DNA of 64,000 nucleotides from positions 128,001 through 192,000 of the forward strand of contig OY781066.1 of NCBI GenBank assembly GCA_963676395.1, given 5' to 3'. The notes under the pieces were generated by a model that saw only the letters and a program-made list of their open reading frames with translations, ran no database searches and was not told where the DNA came from. Below are positions 39,094 to 49,128 of the stretch, in pieces. A program made the translations under genes and the position numbers. Origin of the DNA: a bacterium. Lineage in GTDB: Bacteria; Fidelibacterota; Fidelibacteria; Fidelibacterales; Fidelibacteraceae. Positions within the stretch are counted from its first letter, which is position 1; every line of letters starts with the position of its first letter.

Positions 39094-40884
39094 TTACACA
39101 CGTTCTCTACGCGTATATTTCGTATGCAGTAATTCATGAGATTTATGACCCAAAGGTTTACCAAGAAAATCTTTATAGATTCTTTGAACATCAGGGTTTT
39201 CATGAGATTTACGTAAGACTTTCTTTTCGTCTTCATCATAAATAGCAGCTGCACGAGCTTTACGGATCTCTGCATTGGTCGGAATGGGCTGACCTCCACC
39301 ACCGATACAGCCACCTGGACAAGCCATCACCTCTACAAAGTGATATGGCGATTCACCGATAACCAGATTATCCATAATCTGAGCGGCATTTGTCAAACCG
39401 TGAGCAATAGCAACTTTAACTTCAATACCTTCGAGGAAAGAGAAATCAGGCAAGACGTTTTCAAGCTTTATACTTGCTTCACGAATACCTTCCATACCTC
39501 GAACCGGGGTGATCTTTAAACCGTCAAAGGGTACTTCGCGACCGGTCAATACTTCGTATGCCGTACGCAATGCAGCTTCCATTACACCACCGGTAGCACC
39601 GAATATCACAGCAGCACCGGTAGAATCGCCCATGAACTTATCAAAATTACCATCTTTTAGTTCTTTAAAGTTTACACCGGACTGACGGATCATATGACCC
39701 AATTCACGAGTTGTCATAACATAATCAACATCCTGCATACCACTATCATTCATTTCAATACGCTTTGCTTCGTATTTCTTTGCTGAACAAGGCATGACAG
39801 AAACCGATACGATACTTTTAGGGTCGATCTTTTTCTTATCAGCATAATATGTTTTCAATAAAGCACCAAACATCTGCTGAGGTGATTTACAAGTAGATAG
39901 GTGATCCAGGTAATCTGGATATGCATGTTCAATAAACTTAATCCAACCGGGTGAACATGAGGTAAACATTGGCAGAGCCACATCTTCACCATCCACCAGT
40001 TTTCGTTTAAGACGATCGATCAACTCATGACCTTCTTCCATAATGGTCAAGTCAGCTGAGAAATCAGTATCCAGCACTGAATCAAAACCGAGATGTTTCA
40101 ATGCAGCAGCCATTTTACCTGTTACACGAACACCGGGTTCATAACCCAACATTTCACCAAGGGCAACACGAACAGCAGGAGCTGTTTGTACAGCGACATG
40201 CTTATTGGGATCACCGATAGCTTCCCAAATTTCATCGATATAACGACGTTCGGTCAAAGCACCTGTTGGGCAACGATTGATACACTGTCCGCAATTGGTA
40301 CAAACCACATCGCTCATCACCGTATCAAAGAACGTGGCGATCTTCATGTCGGCACCCTTCTTGATAACATCCAAAGCATTCACTTTCTGTAGCTCGGCAC
40401 AAGTACGTACACAACGCTGACAGCGGATACATTTGGTTTCATCTTTTTCAATAGCCCATGATGAGTCATCAACGGTAAATGTTTTATCTTTTAAAAGATT
40501 CAAGTAAATTTCGTTATCGATATTATATTCAGCAGCTAATTCCTGAAGTTCACAATTTGTTGAACGATAACATGTTGTACATTGTGTTGAGTGTTCTGAT
40601 ACTAATAAAGCAAGAACATCTTTACGTGCACGGCGCACTTTTGGTGAGTTGGTAAATACAACCATACCTTCCATGGCGGGAGTAGCACAAGCGGCGGGTA
40701 GTACACGCCATCCTTCGACCTCGACAACACAAACACGGCAGTTACCGGCAACACAAAGATCCTGATGATAACACAAAGTAGGAATCTTCACCTTTTCCAA
40801 CTTAGCCGCTTCGAAGAGCGTCGTCCCCTCGGGAACCGAGATCACTTTTCCGTCTATAGTTAATTTGATCATTTTTTCAGCCAT
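39094..40884 (-). CDS. hydA: [FeFe]-hydrogenase catalytic subunit (group A, NuoG-like N-terminus)
   Basis: H-cluster motifs TSCSPGW, MPCSAKKYE, EVMACPGGCIGGGGQP; N-terminal 2Fe-2S, His-4Fe-4S and 2x4Fe-4S motifs. Confidence 0.96.
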   Translation of the reverse strand: MAEKMIKLTIDGKVISVPEGTTLFEAAKLEKVKIPTLCYHQDLCVAGNCRVCVVEVEGWRVLPAACATPAMEGMVVFTNSPKVRRARKDVLALLVSEHSTQCTTCYRSTNCELQELAAEYNIDNEIYLNLLKDKTFTVDDSSWAIEKDETKCIRCQRCVRTCAELQKVNALDVIKKGADMKIATFFDTVMSDVVCTNCGQCINRCPTGALTERRYIDEIWEAIGDPNKHVAVQTAPAVRVALGEMLGYEPGVRVTGKMAAALKHLGFDSVLDTDFSADLTIMEEGHELIDRLKRKLVDGEDVALPMFTSCSPGWIKFIEHAYPDYLDHLSTCKSPQQMFGALLKTYYADKKKIDPKSIVSVSVMPCSAKKYEAKRIEMNDSGMQDVDYVMTTRELGHMIRQSGVNFKELKDGNFDKFMGDSTGAAVIFGATGGVMEAALRTAYEVLTGREVPFDGLKITPVRGMEGIREASIKLENVLPDFSFLEGIEVKVAIAHGLTNAAQIMDNLVIGESPYHFVEVMACPGGCIGGGGQPIPTNAEIRKARAAAIYDEDEKKVLRKSHENPDVQRIYKDFLGKPLGHKSHELLHTKYTRRERV

Positions 40885-40896
40885 TTTTTACCTCTT

Positions 40897-42078
40897 TTAG
40901 TAGATCATTTCTTCTCTAAAGTTCTCAACGATCGAAGAGAATGAATTAGCGACAGATTGGCCAAGACCACATTTTGCCGTCAATTTCATTGTATCCGATA
41001 AGCGCAGGAGATCATCAAGATATTTCTGTGATTTTTCACCGCGTTTTACCGCTTCGACACCCTTCAACAACTGCTGACAACCTACACGACAAGGTGTACA
41101 CTGTCCGCATGATTCTTCTTCGAAGAAATCAAGGTAGTTATGTAAAACATTGTACATCGAACGAGATGAGTTGAAGATCATCATTGAACCACCGGTAGGT
41201 AGAGAAAAGCCTTCCAAACCACCCTGATAACCGATATGTGTTTCTTTAAAACGTTTGCGTGGAACACAAAAACCGGAAGCACCACCGACCTGAACGGCCT
41301 TAGCATCGCCATCACCGAATTCTTTAACGAATTGTTCCAAAGTCATACCTAATTCAAGCTCATAAATACCGGCTTTGGGAGTATCGCCCGATACAGAGAA
41401 CAATTTTGAACCGGTTGAACCTTCAAATCCCATAGATTTGAATTTTTCTGAACCAATGTACATGATCATCAAGGCATAAACCAATGTTTCAACATTGTTG
41501 ACAACTGTTGGTTTACCGAGGTAACCTTGGTTTGTAGGATAAGGAGGTTTATTACGAGGTTCACCGCGCTTACCTTCCATAGATTCGATCAAAGAAGTTT
41601 CTTCACCGCAGACGTATGCACCGCCACCGATAAAAAGATTTACTTTGAAATCAAGATCGAATTCATCCATCCATACATGAAATTTCTCCAAGAGATTTTC
41701 CAATTTAGGGATAAGGAATTTATATTCGCTACGAAGATAAATAAAACCTTCCCTAGCTCCTGTTACATAAGATGCCAATGCCATACCACCAAGAACTTTC
41801 AAGCCGACACGGTCAAGGATCTCACGATCTTTAAATGTACCGGGCTCGCCTTCATCGGCGTTACAGATCACATATTTTTTATTACTCTTTTCTTCCATAG
41901 CCATTTTCCACTTCAGTCCGGTTGGAAAACCGGCACCGCCGCGGCCTTTAAGACCGGAATCGATCAAATCTTTAACGATCTCTTCTTTAGGTCTTTTAAG
42001 AGCAACAGCCAGAATATCCTTACAAGTGCAATCCTTACTAAAAATAAGGTCAACTCTTTTTAATTTTTGCTTAGCCAT
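40897..42078 (-). CDS. hydB: NuoF-like flavin/NADH-binding hydrogenase beta subunit (short form, about 393 aa)
   Basis: GRGGAGFPTG, NADEGEPGTFKD, AYVCGEE, SCGQCTPC..CGLG; ends just after this single 4Fe-4S site. Confidence 0.92.
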   Translation of the reverse strand: MAKQKLKRVDLIFSKDCTCKDILAVALKRPKEEIVKDLIDSGLKGRGGAGFPTGLKWKMAMEEKSNKKYVICNADEGEPGTFKDREILDRVGLKVLGGMALASYVTGAREGFIYLRSEYKFLIPKLENLLEKFHVWMDEFDLDFKVNLFIGGGAYVCGEETSLIESMEGKRGEPRNKPPYPTNQGYLGKPTVVNNVETLVYALMIMYIGSEKFKSMGFEGSTGSKLFSVSGDTPKAGIYELELGMTLEQFVKEFGDGDAKAVQVGGASGFCVPRKRFKETHIGYQGGLEGFSLPTGGSMMIFNSSRSMYNVLHNYLDFFEEESCGQCTPCRVGCQQLLKGVEAVKRGEKSQKYLDDLLRLSDTMKLTAKCGLGQSVANSFSSIVENFREEMIY

Positions 42079-42094
42079 TATGATAAAACCTTTT

Positions 42095-42559
42095 TTATTT
42101 TTTATAATATTCGTCAATAATGTTCTGAACCTTTTCGGGAGTTAAATCCGTATAAGGGTGGTCATTAATCAACATTGCCGGCCCTTTGTGACACCAACCG
42201 ATACAGTTGGTTTGCAACAAAGTAAACTTACCATCCGAAGTAGTTTCACCCAGTTTTATCTTCAAAGCATCTTCAAGAGCAAGCATAATATCATTTGATC
42301 CCTTCATATAACAGGAAATCGTTTTGCAAACCCAGATGATATTCTGACCGCGGGCTTCCAAATCCAGAAAGTGATAAAAGGATGCCACACCGTAAACATG
42401 TGCGGAGGACAAGCCCATTTCCGCTGCGATCTCAGAAATATCGCTTCGTGATAAGTAATTATTGATTTGCTTCACTTCATGTAAAACGGGAAGCAAATTT
42501 TTGCGCTCTTTACCGTGCTTCTGTACAGCAGCACGAATAGCGCTTTCTCGTTTTCTCAT
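42095..42559 (-). CDS. hydC: NuoE-like 2Fe-2S hydrogenase gamma subunit
   Basis: VYGVASFY, CKTISC, CIGWC..GPAM; GAGG RBS before 42559. Confidence 0.92.
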   Translation of the reverse strand: MRKRESAIRAAVQKHGKERKNLLPVLHEVKQINNYLSRSDISEIAAEMGLSSAHVYGVASFYHFLDLEARGQNIIWVCKTISCYMKGSNDIMLALEDALKIKLGETTSDGKFTLLQTNCIGWCHKGPAMLINDHPYTDLTPEKVQNIIDEYYKK

Positions 42560-42768
42560 ACGCGCCTCGTTTTGATTAAATTCCAAGCCGCTAACTGCCT
42601 TTTCGGGGCTGTTATTCAGCTCAAATACAACTATTTAATTTTGACAAGGTGAAGTTAGTATTTACGTGTAAATATTCAAACACATTTTTCAAAAAAACAT
42701 ACAAATTTAAACAACATTTCAGCTTATTATTCTTTACAATGGGGGAAAGGTTTTTTATTATAGTGCTT

Positions 42769-44622
42769 ATGCAAAAAAACATACAAAAACGAATTTTAGA
42801 AACCATTGCATCACCTTCTGATATTAAGTCCCTAAACATGAGTGAACTTAAACAGTTGGCCAATGAGTTAAGACAATATATTATTGATGTTGTCTCTGAA
42901 ACCGGTGGACACTTAGCTCCCTCCTTAGGAACAGTTGAACTGACCATTGCACTGCTTCATATCTACGACCTGCCTCAGGATAAGATCATTTGGGATGTGG
43001 GACATCAAGCCTATCCTTTTAAGGTTCTTACCGGACGTCGCGAAGAACTAAAGAATATTCGCTGCTATAAAGGTATCAGCGGTTTTCCGAAGCGAAGCGA
43101 AAGTCAGTATGATGTCGTGGGAGTCGGTCATGCTTCTACCTCAATCTCCGCAGCTTTGGGTGTTTCCGTCGCTGAGTCACTGAGAAAATTGAACAGCAGA
43201 ATCGTAACTATTATTGGGGACGGTGCTTTAACAGGCGGACTTGCCTGGGAAGGCATGAATAATGTCGGAACATTGAAAAAACCCATGCTCATTATTCTCA
43301 ATGATAATGAAATGTCTATTTCAAAGAATGTCGGTGCGATCCCAAATTATCTCAACCGTATTGTTACCACACCTTTTTACAATAAAATGAAAGATGACAT
43401 TTGGGGATTTACCGAAAATCATGAACTTCTACGTAAAGGTTTTAGAACCTTAAAAGAATCTTTGAAAGCTCTCTTCCAGAAAAATGTCATGTTCGATGAA
43501 TTGGGTATTCGCTATATTGGTCCCGTCAACGGGCACTGTATTGAAGATTTGATCCATCAATTGCGACGTGTAAAAAACAGAAAAGAACCCATTCTTTTAC
43601 ATGTTATCACTAAAAAAGGCAAGGGACTTAAAGTAGCCGAAGATAATCCAACCAAATATCACGGTATTTCCGGAAACGGCAATTCAAAAAAATGCAGTAG
43701 CAAAATGGTCTCTTATACCCATGCTTTTGGTAAATGTATTGTAGAGCTGGCTGAGAAACATGAAGATGTAGTTGCTATTACCGCTGCAATGACAGACGGT
43801 ACGGGATTAACCGAATTTTCAGAAAAATTTAAAGATAGATTCTTTGATGTCGGCATTGCCGAAGGTCATGCCGTTACCTTTGCTTCCGGATTGACTATTG
43901 GTGGGCAACGACCGATCGTGGCTATATATTCGTCCTTTATGCAACGTGCCGTTGATTCGGTAATGCATGATGTTGTTCTTCAAGGCCTTCCCGTGATCTT
44001 TTGCATGGACAGAGCGGGACTGGTTGGTAAAGACGGTGCAACTCACCACGGCGTTTTTGATCTTGCCTTTACCAGTATGCTACCCAACGTGATCGTTTGC
44101 GCACCCAAAGATGGTAATGAACTCCGTGATATGATGAATATGGCCTATGAGGTTAAAGATAAAGCCATTTTTATCCGTTACCCTCGCGCCAATACCTGTC
44201 ACTTTGATATGGATCGTAAGATTACAAAGATCAAACCCGGTTCATGGGAAAAACTTCAAGATGGTAAAGAGCTTGCCATTCTTGCATACGGTGCGATGGT
44301 AGAACCGGCAGAACAGATCTGTGATCTACTCAAAGCAAAAGGTCTCTCCCCGGCTTTGATCAATGCCCGCTTTATCAAACCTTACGACAAAAATATGTTG
44401 AATCAACTTGGCAAAGATTATGCTCGTATAGTTACGATAGAAGAAGCATGCCCAAAAGGTGGATTAAAAGATACGGTCTTGGAACATTTTCAAAATAGCG
44501 AATCCTCACCTGCAATACAATCTTTCACATTACCGGATGCATTTGTTACACACGGTGAACGTGAAGAACTATTTAAAGACATTCACATGACCGTGGAAGA
44601 AATCGCGGAAAAAATCAAATAA
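42769..44622 (+). CDS. dxs: 1-deoxy-D-xylulose-5-phosphate synthase
   Basis: GGHLAPSLG, WDVGHQAY, GHASTS, GDGALTGG, LNDNEMSI, DVGIAE, DRAGLVG.DG.TH. Confidence 0.97.
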   Translation: MQKNIQKRILETIASPSDIKSLNMSELKQLANELRQYIIDVVSETGGHLAPSLGTVELTIALLHIYDLPQDKIIWDVGHQAYPFKVLTGRREELKNIRCYKGISGFPKRSESQYDVVGVGHASTSISAALGVSVAESLRKLNSRIVTIIGDGALTGGLAWEGMNNVGTLKKPMLIILNDNEMSISKNVGAIPNYLNRIVTTPFYNKMKDDIWGFTENHELLRKGFRTLKESLKALFQKNVMFDELGIRYIGPVNGHCIEDLIHQLRRVKNRKEPILLHVITKKGKGLKVAEDNPTKYHGISGNGNSKKCSSKMVSYTHAFGKCIVELAEKHEDVVAITAAMTDGTGLTEFSEKFKDRFFDVGIAEGHAVTFASGLTIGGQRPIVAIYSSFMQRAVDSVMHDVVLQGLPVIFCMDRAGLVGKDGATHHGVFDLAFTSMLPNVIVCAPKDGNELRDMMNMAYEVKDKAIFIRYPRANTCHFDMDRKITKIKPGSWEKLQDGKELAILAYGAMVEPAEQICDLLKAKGLSPALINARFIKPYDKNMLNQLGKDYARIVTIEEACPKGGLKDTVLEHFQNSESSPAIQSFTLPDAFVTHGEREELFKDIHMTVEEIAEKIK

Positions 44623-44630
44623 ATGCTTAT

Positions 44631-45122
44631 ATGAAACAGTATATCCTAAATTGCTTTCTTCTCTTGCTCCCGATTTTTGCGTGGAATATGGTCTTTGCAA
44701 ATAAACTTCCACAAAAATATACCGATAAGGGAAAATGGAATGATATCCCTAAAGCATTGGCAGCAATAGAAAACACGTTCAGAACCATCGTTTTTCTCTC
44801 ACCTGTTTTGATGATACTTAACATAAATAATGACAGAACTACTATTGGACTTATCATTTACATTATTGGACTTATTATCTACTTTTTAGCATGGTTACTC
44901 CAAATGTACAGACCCGATTCCCCATGGAGCAAAAGCCTTCTTGGTATGATGGCTCCGGCTTTTACACCTATTATTTGGCTTAATGGCATTGCTTTGATAG
45001 GGCAAGAGAACTTTCTTAAAATACCCGGTTTTTCACTCTTTTATATTATTATCTCTCTTATCTTTATTAGTGTGCACTCTTTACATGCTTATATTGTATT
45101 CAAACAAAACATTGAGGTCTAA
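44631..45122 (+). CDS. Hypothetical membrane protein
   Basis: 163-aa ORF with several TM segments, coupled to neighbouring genes. Confidence 0.7.
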   Translation: MKQYILNCFLLLLPIFAWNMVFANKLPQKYTDKGKWNDIPKALAAIENTFRTIVFLSPVLMILNINNDRTTIGLIIYIIGLIIYFLAWLLQMYRPDSPWSKSLLGMMAPAFTPIIWLNGIALIGQENFLKIPGFSLFYIIISLIFISVHSLHAYIVFKQNIEV

Positions 45123-45593
45123 ATGAAATTTGTTTGCCCTTTGATCGTTGTAGATAATATTGAGCGTTCACGGCATTTATATGAAAAAATACTGAAACTG
45201 AAAGTAATTGCCGATTTTGGTGAAAACCTGACTTTCGAAGGTCCCTTTTCTATTCATTTAAAATCACATTTTTCTACTCTGATCAATAACAAAGAAATAT
45301 TAAAAGCTTCCAATTCATCTGAACTGTATTTTGAAGAAAATGATCTTGAAGCTATTGAAGAAAAACTCAAGCAGGAAGAACTGGAATTCATTCATGAGAT
45401 CATGGAACAACCCTGGCGACAAAAGGTCATGCGGGTTTATGATTATGATAAAAACATTTTAGAGATCGGTGAAAGCATGGAACATACTGCATGGCGTTTA
45501 TTCCGAGAAGGTTTAAGTATAGATGATATTTGTAAGATCACCTATTTATCCGAAGATCTTATTCAAAAAAGTATAAGGAAATTCGAAAACTAA
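45123..45593 (+). CDS. VOC/glyoxalase family protein
   Basis: LIVVDNIERSR..YE, ELYFE, EQPWRQKVMRVYD.D.NILEIGE. Confidence 0.85.
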   Translation: MKFVCPLIVVDNIERSRHLYEKILKLKVIADFGENLTFEGPFSIHLKSHFSTLINNKEILKASNSSELYFEENDLEAIEEKLKQEELEFIHEIMEQPWRQKVMRVYDYDKNILEIGESMEHTAWRLFREGLSIDDICKITYLSEDLIQKSIRKFEN

Positions 45594-46195
45594 TGGCTAA
45601 ACCTCGCGCACTATTTATGCATATTCCCAAGACCGGTGGAATTTCATTATATCGGGCGATTAAGCACCCGAATGTAAAAATCAAAGGGCACTTTATACAG
45701 AATCCTTTTTATCTTTTTCTACGTGATTATCTTAAATCGCATCCTATGTATAATACAAAGATCTTTACTTTTGTTCGCAATCCTTGGGATCGGCTAGTAT
45801 CCGCTTTTTTTTACCTCAACAAAGGAGGGAGAAATATATGTGATAAACTGGACAACAAACACTTTCTTGCAAAGTACGAGGGTAATTTTGAGCATTTTGT
45901 TAAAGAGGGTGTTTCTCAGGGAAAGATACTCAAACAATTGCATATGATCCCGCAGCATCAATGGATCTGTGATTACGATGATAGTGTTCTCGCCGACTAT
46001 GTGGGACATTTTGAAGCCTTGGGAACCGAACTCGGTTACGCTTCCGAATATTTGGGTATACCATTCAAAACACTTGAACATAAGAACAAGTCTTCTCATA
46101 AGCCGTATTATGAATATTATGATCAAGAAATGATCGATATTGTCGCAAAGGCATATGAAAAGGACATCAAAATTTTCAACTATGGGTTTAGATAA
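45593..46195 (+). CDS. Sulfotransferase family 2 protein
   Basis: FMHIPKTGG.S (5'-PSB), FVRNPWDRLVSAF (3'-PB), Y..DI..F.Y. Confidence 0.88.
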   Translation: MAKPRALFMHIPKTGGISLYRAIKHPNVKIKGHFIQNPFYLFLRDYLKSHPMYNTKIFTFVRNPWDRLVSAFFYLNKGGRNICDKLDNKHFLAKYEGNFEHFVKEGVSQGKILKQLHMIPQHQWICDYDDSVLADYVGHFEALGTELGYASEYLGIPFKTLEHKNKSSHKPYYEYYDQEMIDIVAKAYEKDIKIFNYGFR

Positions 46196-46196
46196 T

Positions 46197-47066
46197 ATGA
46201 AAATCATCATTTATTACTTTTCAGGCACCGGAAATACCAAAACGGTGGTAAATCTTTTAAAAAGTCACTTGGATACGGATCATGACTGCCAATTATTTAA
46301 CATTGAAGATATCAACAAAAATAAAGTTGATTTCCCCGAGCAGAATAATGCCATGATCGGTCTTGCCTACCCGATTTATGGCGGAGATACCCCTCATAAT
46401 ATCTATGAGTTTGTTGATAGACTCCCGGCAGGAGATGCTATTGATCTATTTATCTTAAACACAGCTGCGGATTATTCCGGGAGCAATAACAATGCATCAA
46501 AACGGATCATAAAACGTTTAGAAGCAAAATATTATCACGTTTTTTATGAACGTACCATTGCAATGGGGTCTAATTATTTTCTCGAATATCCCGATACTTT
46601 GGTCAAGCAGCTATATGAAACTGCAAAGCTCAAAACCAAACATATGAGTGAAGAGATTATCAATGGTGTTCAGCGTATTCGTCGAACAAACCCTTTCTTG
46701 AAAGCTTTTGCCTATCTTGGTTATAAAGGTGAAACCTTTGCAGCCAAGCGTTTTGGCAAGAAATTGAAAGTCAGCGATGATTGCATACTTTGTGGTAAAT
46801 GCGCAAGAAATTGCCCGGTTAACAATATCATCCTAGAGAATGATAAACTTAGTTTCTCAGATAAATGCATTTGGTGTATGCGCTGTATATACGAATGTCC
46901 TCAAAATGCTATTAAACCGGGAATATTAAAATCTGTCGTTCTCAAAGGTGGCTACAATATCAAAAAGATTATTAAAGATGACTCTATAAGCGGTGACTTT
47001 GTAAATGAAAAGACACGAGGTTTTTATAAGCACTTTTTAAAATATGTGAATGACCCAAAAATATAG
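46197..47066 (+). CDS. EFR1 family flavodoxin-fold / 2x[4Fe-4S] ferredoxin protein
   Basis: YYFSGTGNT; CILCGKCARNCP and CIWCMRCIYECP. Confidence 0.9.
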   Translation: MKIIIYYFSGTGNTKTVVNLLKSHLDTDHDCQLFNIEDINKNKVDFPEQNNAMIGLAYPIYGGDTPHNIYEFVDRLPAGDAIDLFILNTAADYSGSNNNASKRIIKRLEAKYYHVFYERTIAMGSNYFLEYPDTLVKQLYETAKLKTKHMSEEIINGVQRIRRTNPFLKAFAYLGYKGETFAAKRFGKKLKVSDDCILCGKCARNCPVNNIILENDKLSFSDKCIWCMRCIYECPQNAIKPGILKSVVLKGGYNIKKIIKDDSISGDFVNEKTRGFYKHFLKYVNDPKI

Positions 47067-47115
47067 AGCTCCTAACAAATTTTTCGTTTTTTTTAACAAA
47101 TAATCCCGACAATCT

Positions 47116-47143
47116 TCTCAAGTCTCACAACTCACGACTTATG
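47116..47143 (+). repeat. Short heptamer array
   Basis: TCTCAAG TCTCACA ACTCACG ACTTATG. Confidence 0.5.
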
Positions 47144-47200
47144 ATTTTCATAGCATAAACATCAATTTTTATTATATTTAGCATTGAAAAATGGTGAACA

Positions 47201-48826
47201 ATGATAAAACTTATCTTTTCATACTTTCCCATCATTCTACTCATCTTCCTGATGGTGAAAAAGAACAACATGCCTTCAGCCAAAGCCTTGCCCTTAACAG
47301 CGCTGGTTACGTACTTGCTGATGTTTTTCATTTTCGAACAGGATCCTAATTTGATCCATGCTACCGCTTTAAAAGGTTTATTGGTTGCATGGACTCCCAT
47401 CCTAATCATAGCGGGTGCCATTTTCCTGTTTAGAACTATGGAAGCAACAGGAAGTTTAAATAATATTAAAGACTGGCTAAACTCGGTTTCAACCAACAGA
47501 ATCGCCCAATTAATGATTGTTGGGTGGGCTTTTCCTTTTCTTATAGAAGGGGCCAGTGGTTTTGGAACCCCTGCTGCCATTGCCGCACCGGTACTTATCG
47601 GATTGGGTTTTCCACCATTGAGAGTAGCTATTTTTGCTTTAATCACCAATTCCGTCCCCGTTTCCTTTGGTGCCGTTGGTACTCCTACCTGGTTTGGATT
47701 CTCTGCTATTTCATTAACAGAAGCAGAAACCATGGCCATTGGTTTTAAATCGGCTCTATTGAATTCATCCGCAGCCTTCTTTATCGTTCCCATTGCACTA
47801 ATGTTCGTGGTAAAGCCGATAAAGATCCTTAAAAATTGGTTATTCATTCTATTAAGCATTCTTGCAACACTTATCCCCTATTTGATCTTATCAAAGTTCT
47901 CCTATGAATTCCCTTCTCTGGTGGGTGGCGCAGTTGGTTTGATCGTTTCCGTATTTCTTGCTCAAAAGGGGATCGGACTTTCAAACGATGAAGTCGAATT
48001 GCAAAACACCGATAAAGATCCGCATTTTTCGAGCATCACATATAGAAATACCCATACGCTTCATCCCAGAGGATCTAATCTTCTTTTGGCAACGTTTCCA
48101 CTCTGGGGCACGATTTTATTGTTGGTGCTAACTCGTATACCACAATTCGGACTTAAAGGCTTACTGACGCTTACAGACCCTGCTCTGCACCTGAAATTGG
48201 GCTCACTGGGCACCTTTAATCTATCTCCCGCGTTGGTTTTGGGTTTGGATAATATTTTTGAGACAAATGTCAGCTGGTCACATGCACTGTTGTATGTCCC
48301 TTCCCTCCTGCCATTCTTGCTGATCTCGGTAATCACTCTGCTCCTTTATGGGGATATGAAAAAAGCCAAAACCGTTTTCAAGATAACGGCAACGCAAATG
48401 CAAGGACCTGTTTTTGCCCTAAGCGGAGCATTGGTCTTTGTTAATCTGATGATGATGGGTGGTGATCACTCTGCCGTTAAACTCATCGGAGACCACCTGG
48501 CACATCTAACGGGAAGCATGTGGACCTATACTGCGCAATTCCTGGGTGCCATCGGGACCTTTTTCTCAGGCTCCAATACCATTTCCAACCTGACCTTTGG
48601 CGGTATTCAAGACGCTATTGCCCGCGATCTGGGGCTTAATCGTACAACCATACTCGCTATGCAGTCCGTTGGTGGCGCCATGGGCAACATGATCTGCATT
48701 AACAACATTGTTGCCGTTGCCTCAGTGCTTGGATTGGTAAAAGTAGAAGGTTATATCCTAAAGCGCACGGTTCGTGCCATGCTTGTGTACGGGATTGTCG
48801 TAGGGTTAGTGGCAATATTGCTTTAA
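47201..48826 (+). CDS. lctP: L-lactate permease (LctP family)
   Basis: IEGASGFGTPAAIAAP, PVSFGAVGTP, FFSGSNTISN, QSVGGAMGNMI. Confidence 0.92.
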   Translation: MIKLIFSYFPIILLIFLMVKKNNMPSAKALPLTALVTYLLMFFIFEQDPNLIHATALKGLLVAWTPILIIAGAIFLFRTMEATGSLNNIKDWLNSVSTNRIAQLMIVGWAFPFLIEGASGFGTPAAIAAPVLIGLGFPPLRVAIFALITNSVPVSFGAVGTPTWFGFSAISLTEAETMAIGFKSALLNSSAAFFIVPIALMFVVKPIKILKNWLFILLSILATLIPYLILSKFSYEFPSLVGGAVGLIVSVFLAQKGIGLSNDEVELQNTDKDPHFSSITYRNTHTLHPRGSNLLLATFPLWGTILLLVLTRIPQFGLKGLLTLTDPALHLKLGSLGTFNLSPALVLGLDNIFETNVSWSHALLYVPSLLPFLLISVITLLLYGDMKKAKTVFKITATQMQGPVFALSGALVFVNLMMMGGDHSAVKLIGDHLAHLTGSMWTYTAQFLGAIGTFFSGSNTISNLTFGGIQDAIARDLGLNRTTILAMQSVGGAMGNMICINNIVAVASVLGLVKVEGYILKRTVRAMLVYGIVVGLVAILL

Positions 48827-49128
48827 GTTAATCATATAAAAAATGTATTCCCGGCAAACTGCACTTTTTCTTAATATTTACCAGATTTAACAATTTCAAT
48901 TTATTAAACATATTGGTTATTTTCCCTGTATAGTAATATTATAGGGAATTATTCTTATAATACATAAAATGGGCTAATGAAAAAAGTAATCACCCTTATA
49001 ACTCATTCATGAACTCATAAATCTCAATTGCTTTAGACTAGAGCGCACTAACATCCATCAAGTTAATCTTGCCTGACTACCAGAATATTAATCCAGGTGA
49101 GTAATCCGGCTTAATACGGCAGATCAAA

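Noticed and set aside
41527..42063. 178-aa plus-strand ORF
   Set aside because: Antisense to hydB; no independent coding evidence.
39094..42559. Respiratory complex I nuoEFG
   Set aside because: The large subunit has all three H-cluster motifs and no other nuo genes are adjacent.
47125..47859. 244-aa minus-strand ORF
   Set aside because: Antisense to the lactate permease; typical shadow of a hydrophobic gene.
49030..49127. Slightly GC-richer intergenic patches (also 60110-60265 and 36121-36160) as possible ncRNAs
   Set aside because: Only short, imperfect hairpins; no recognisable family or second copy.
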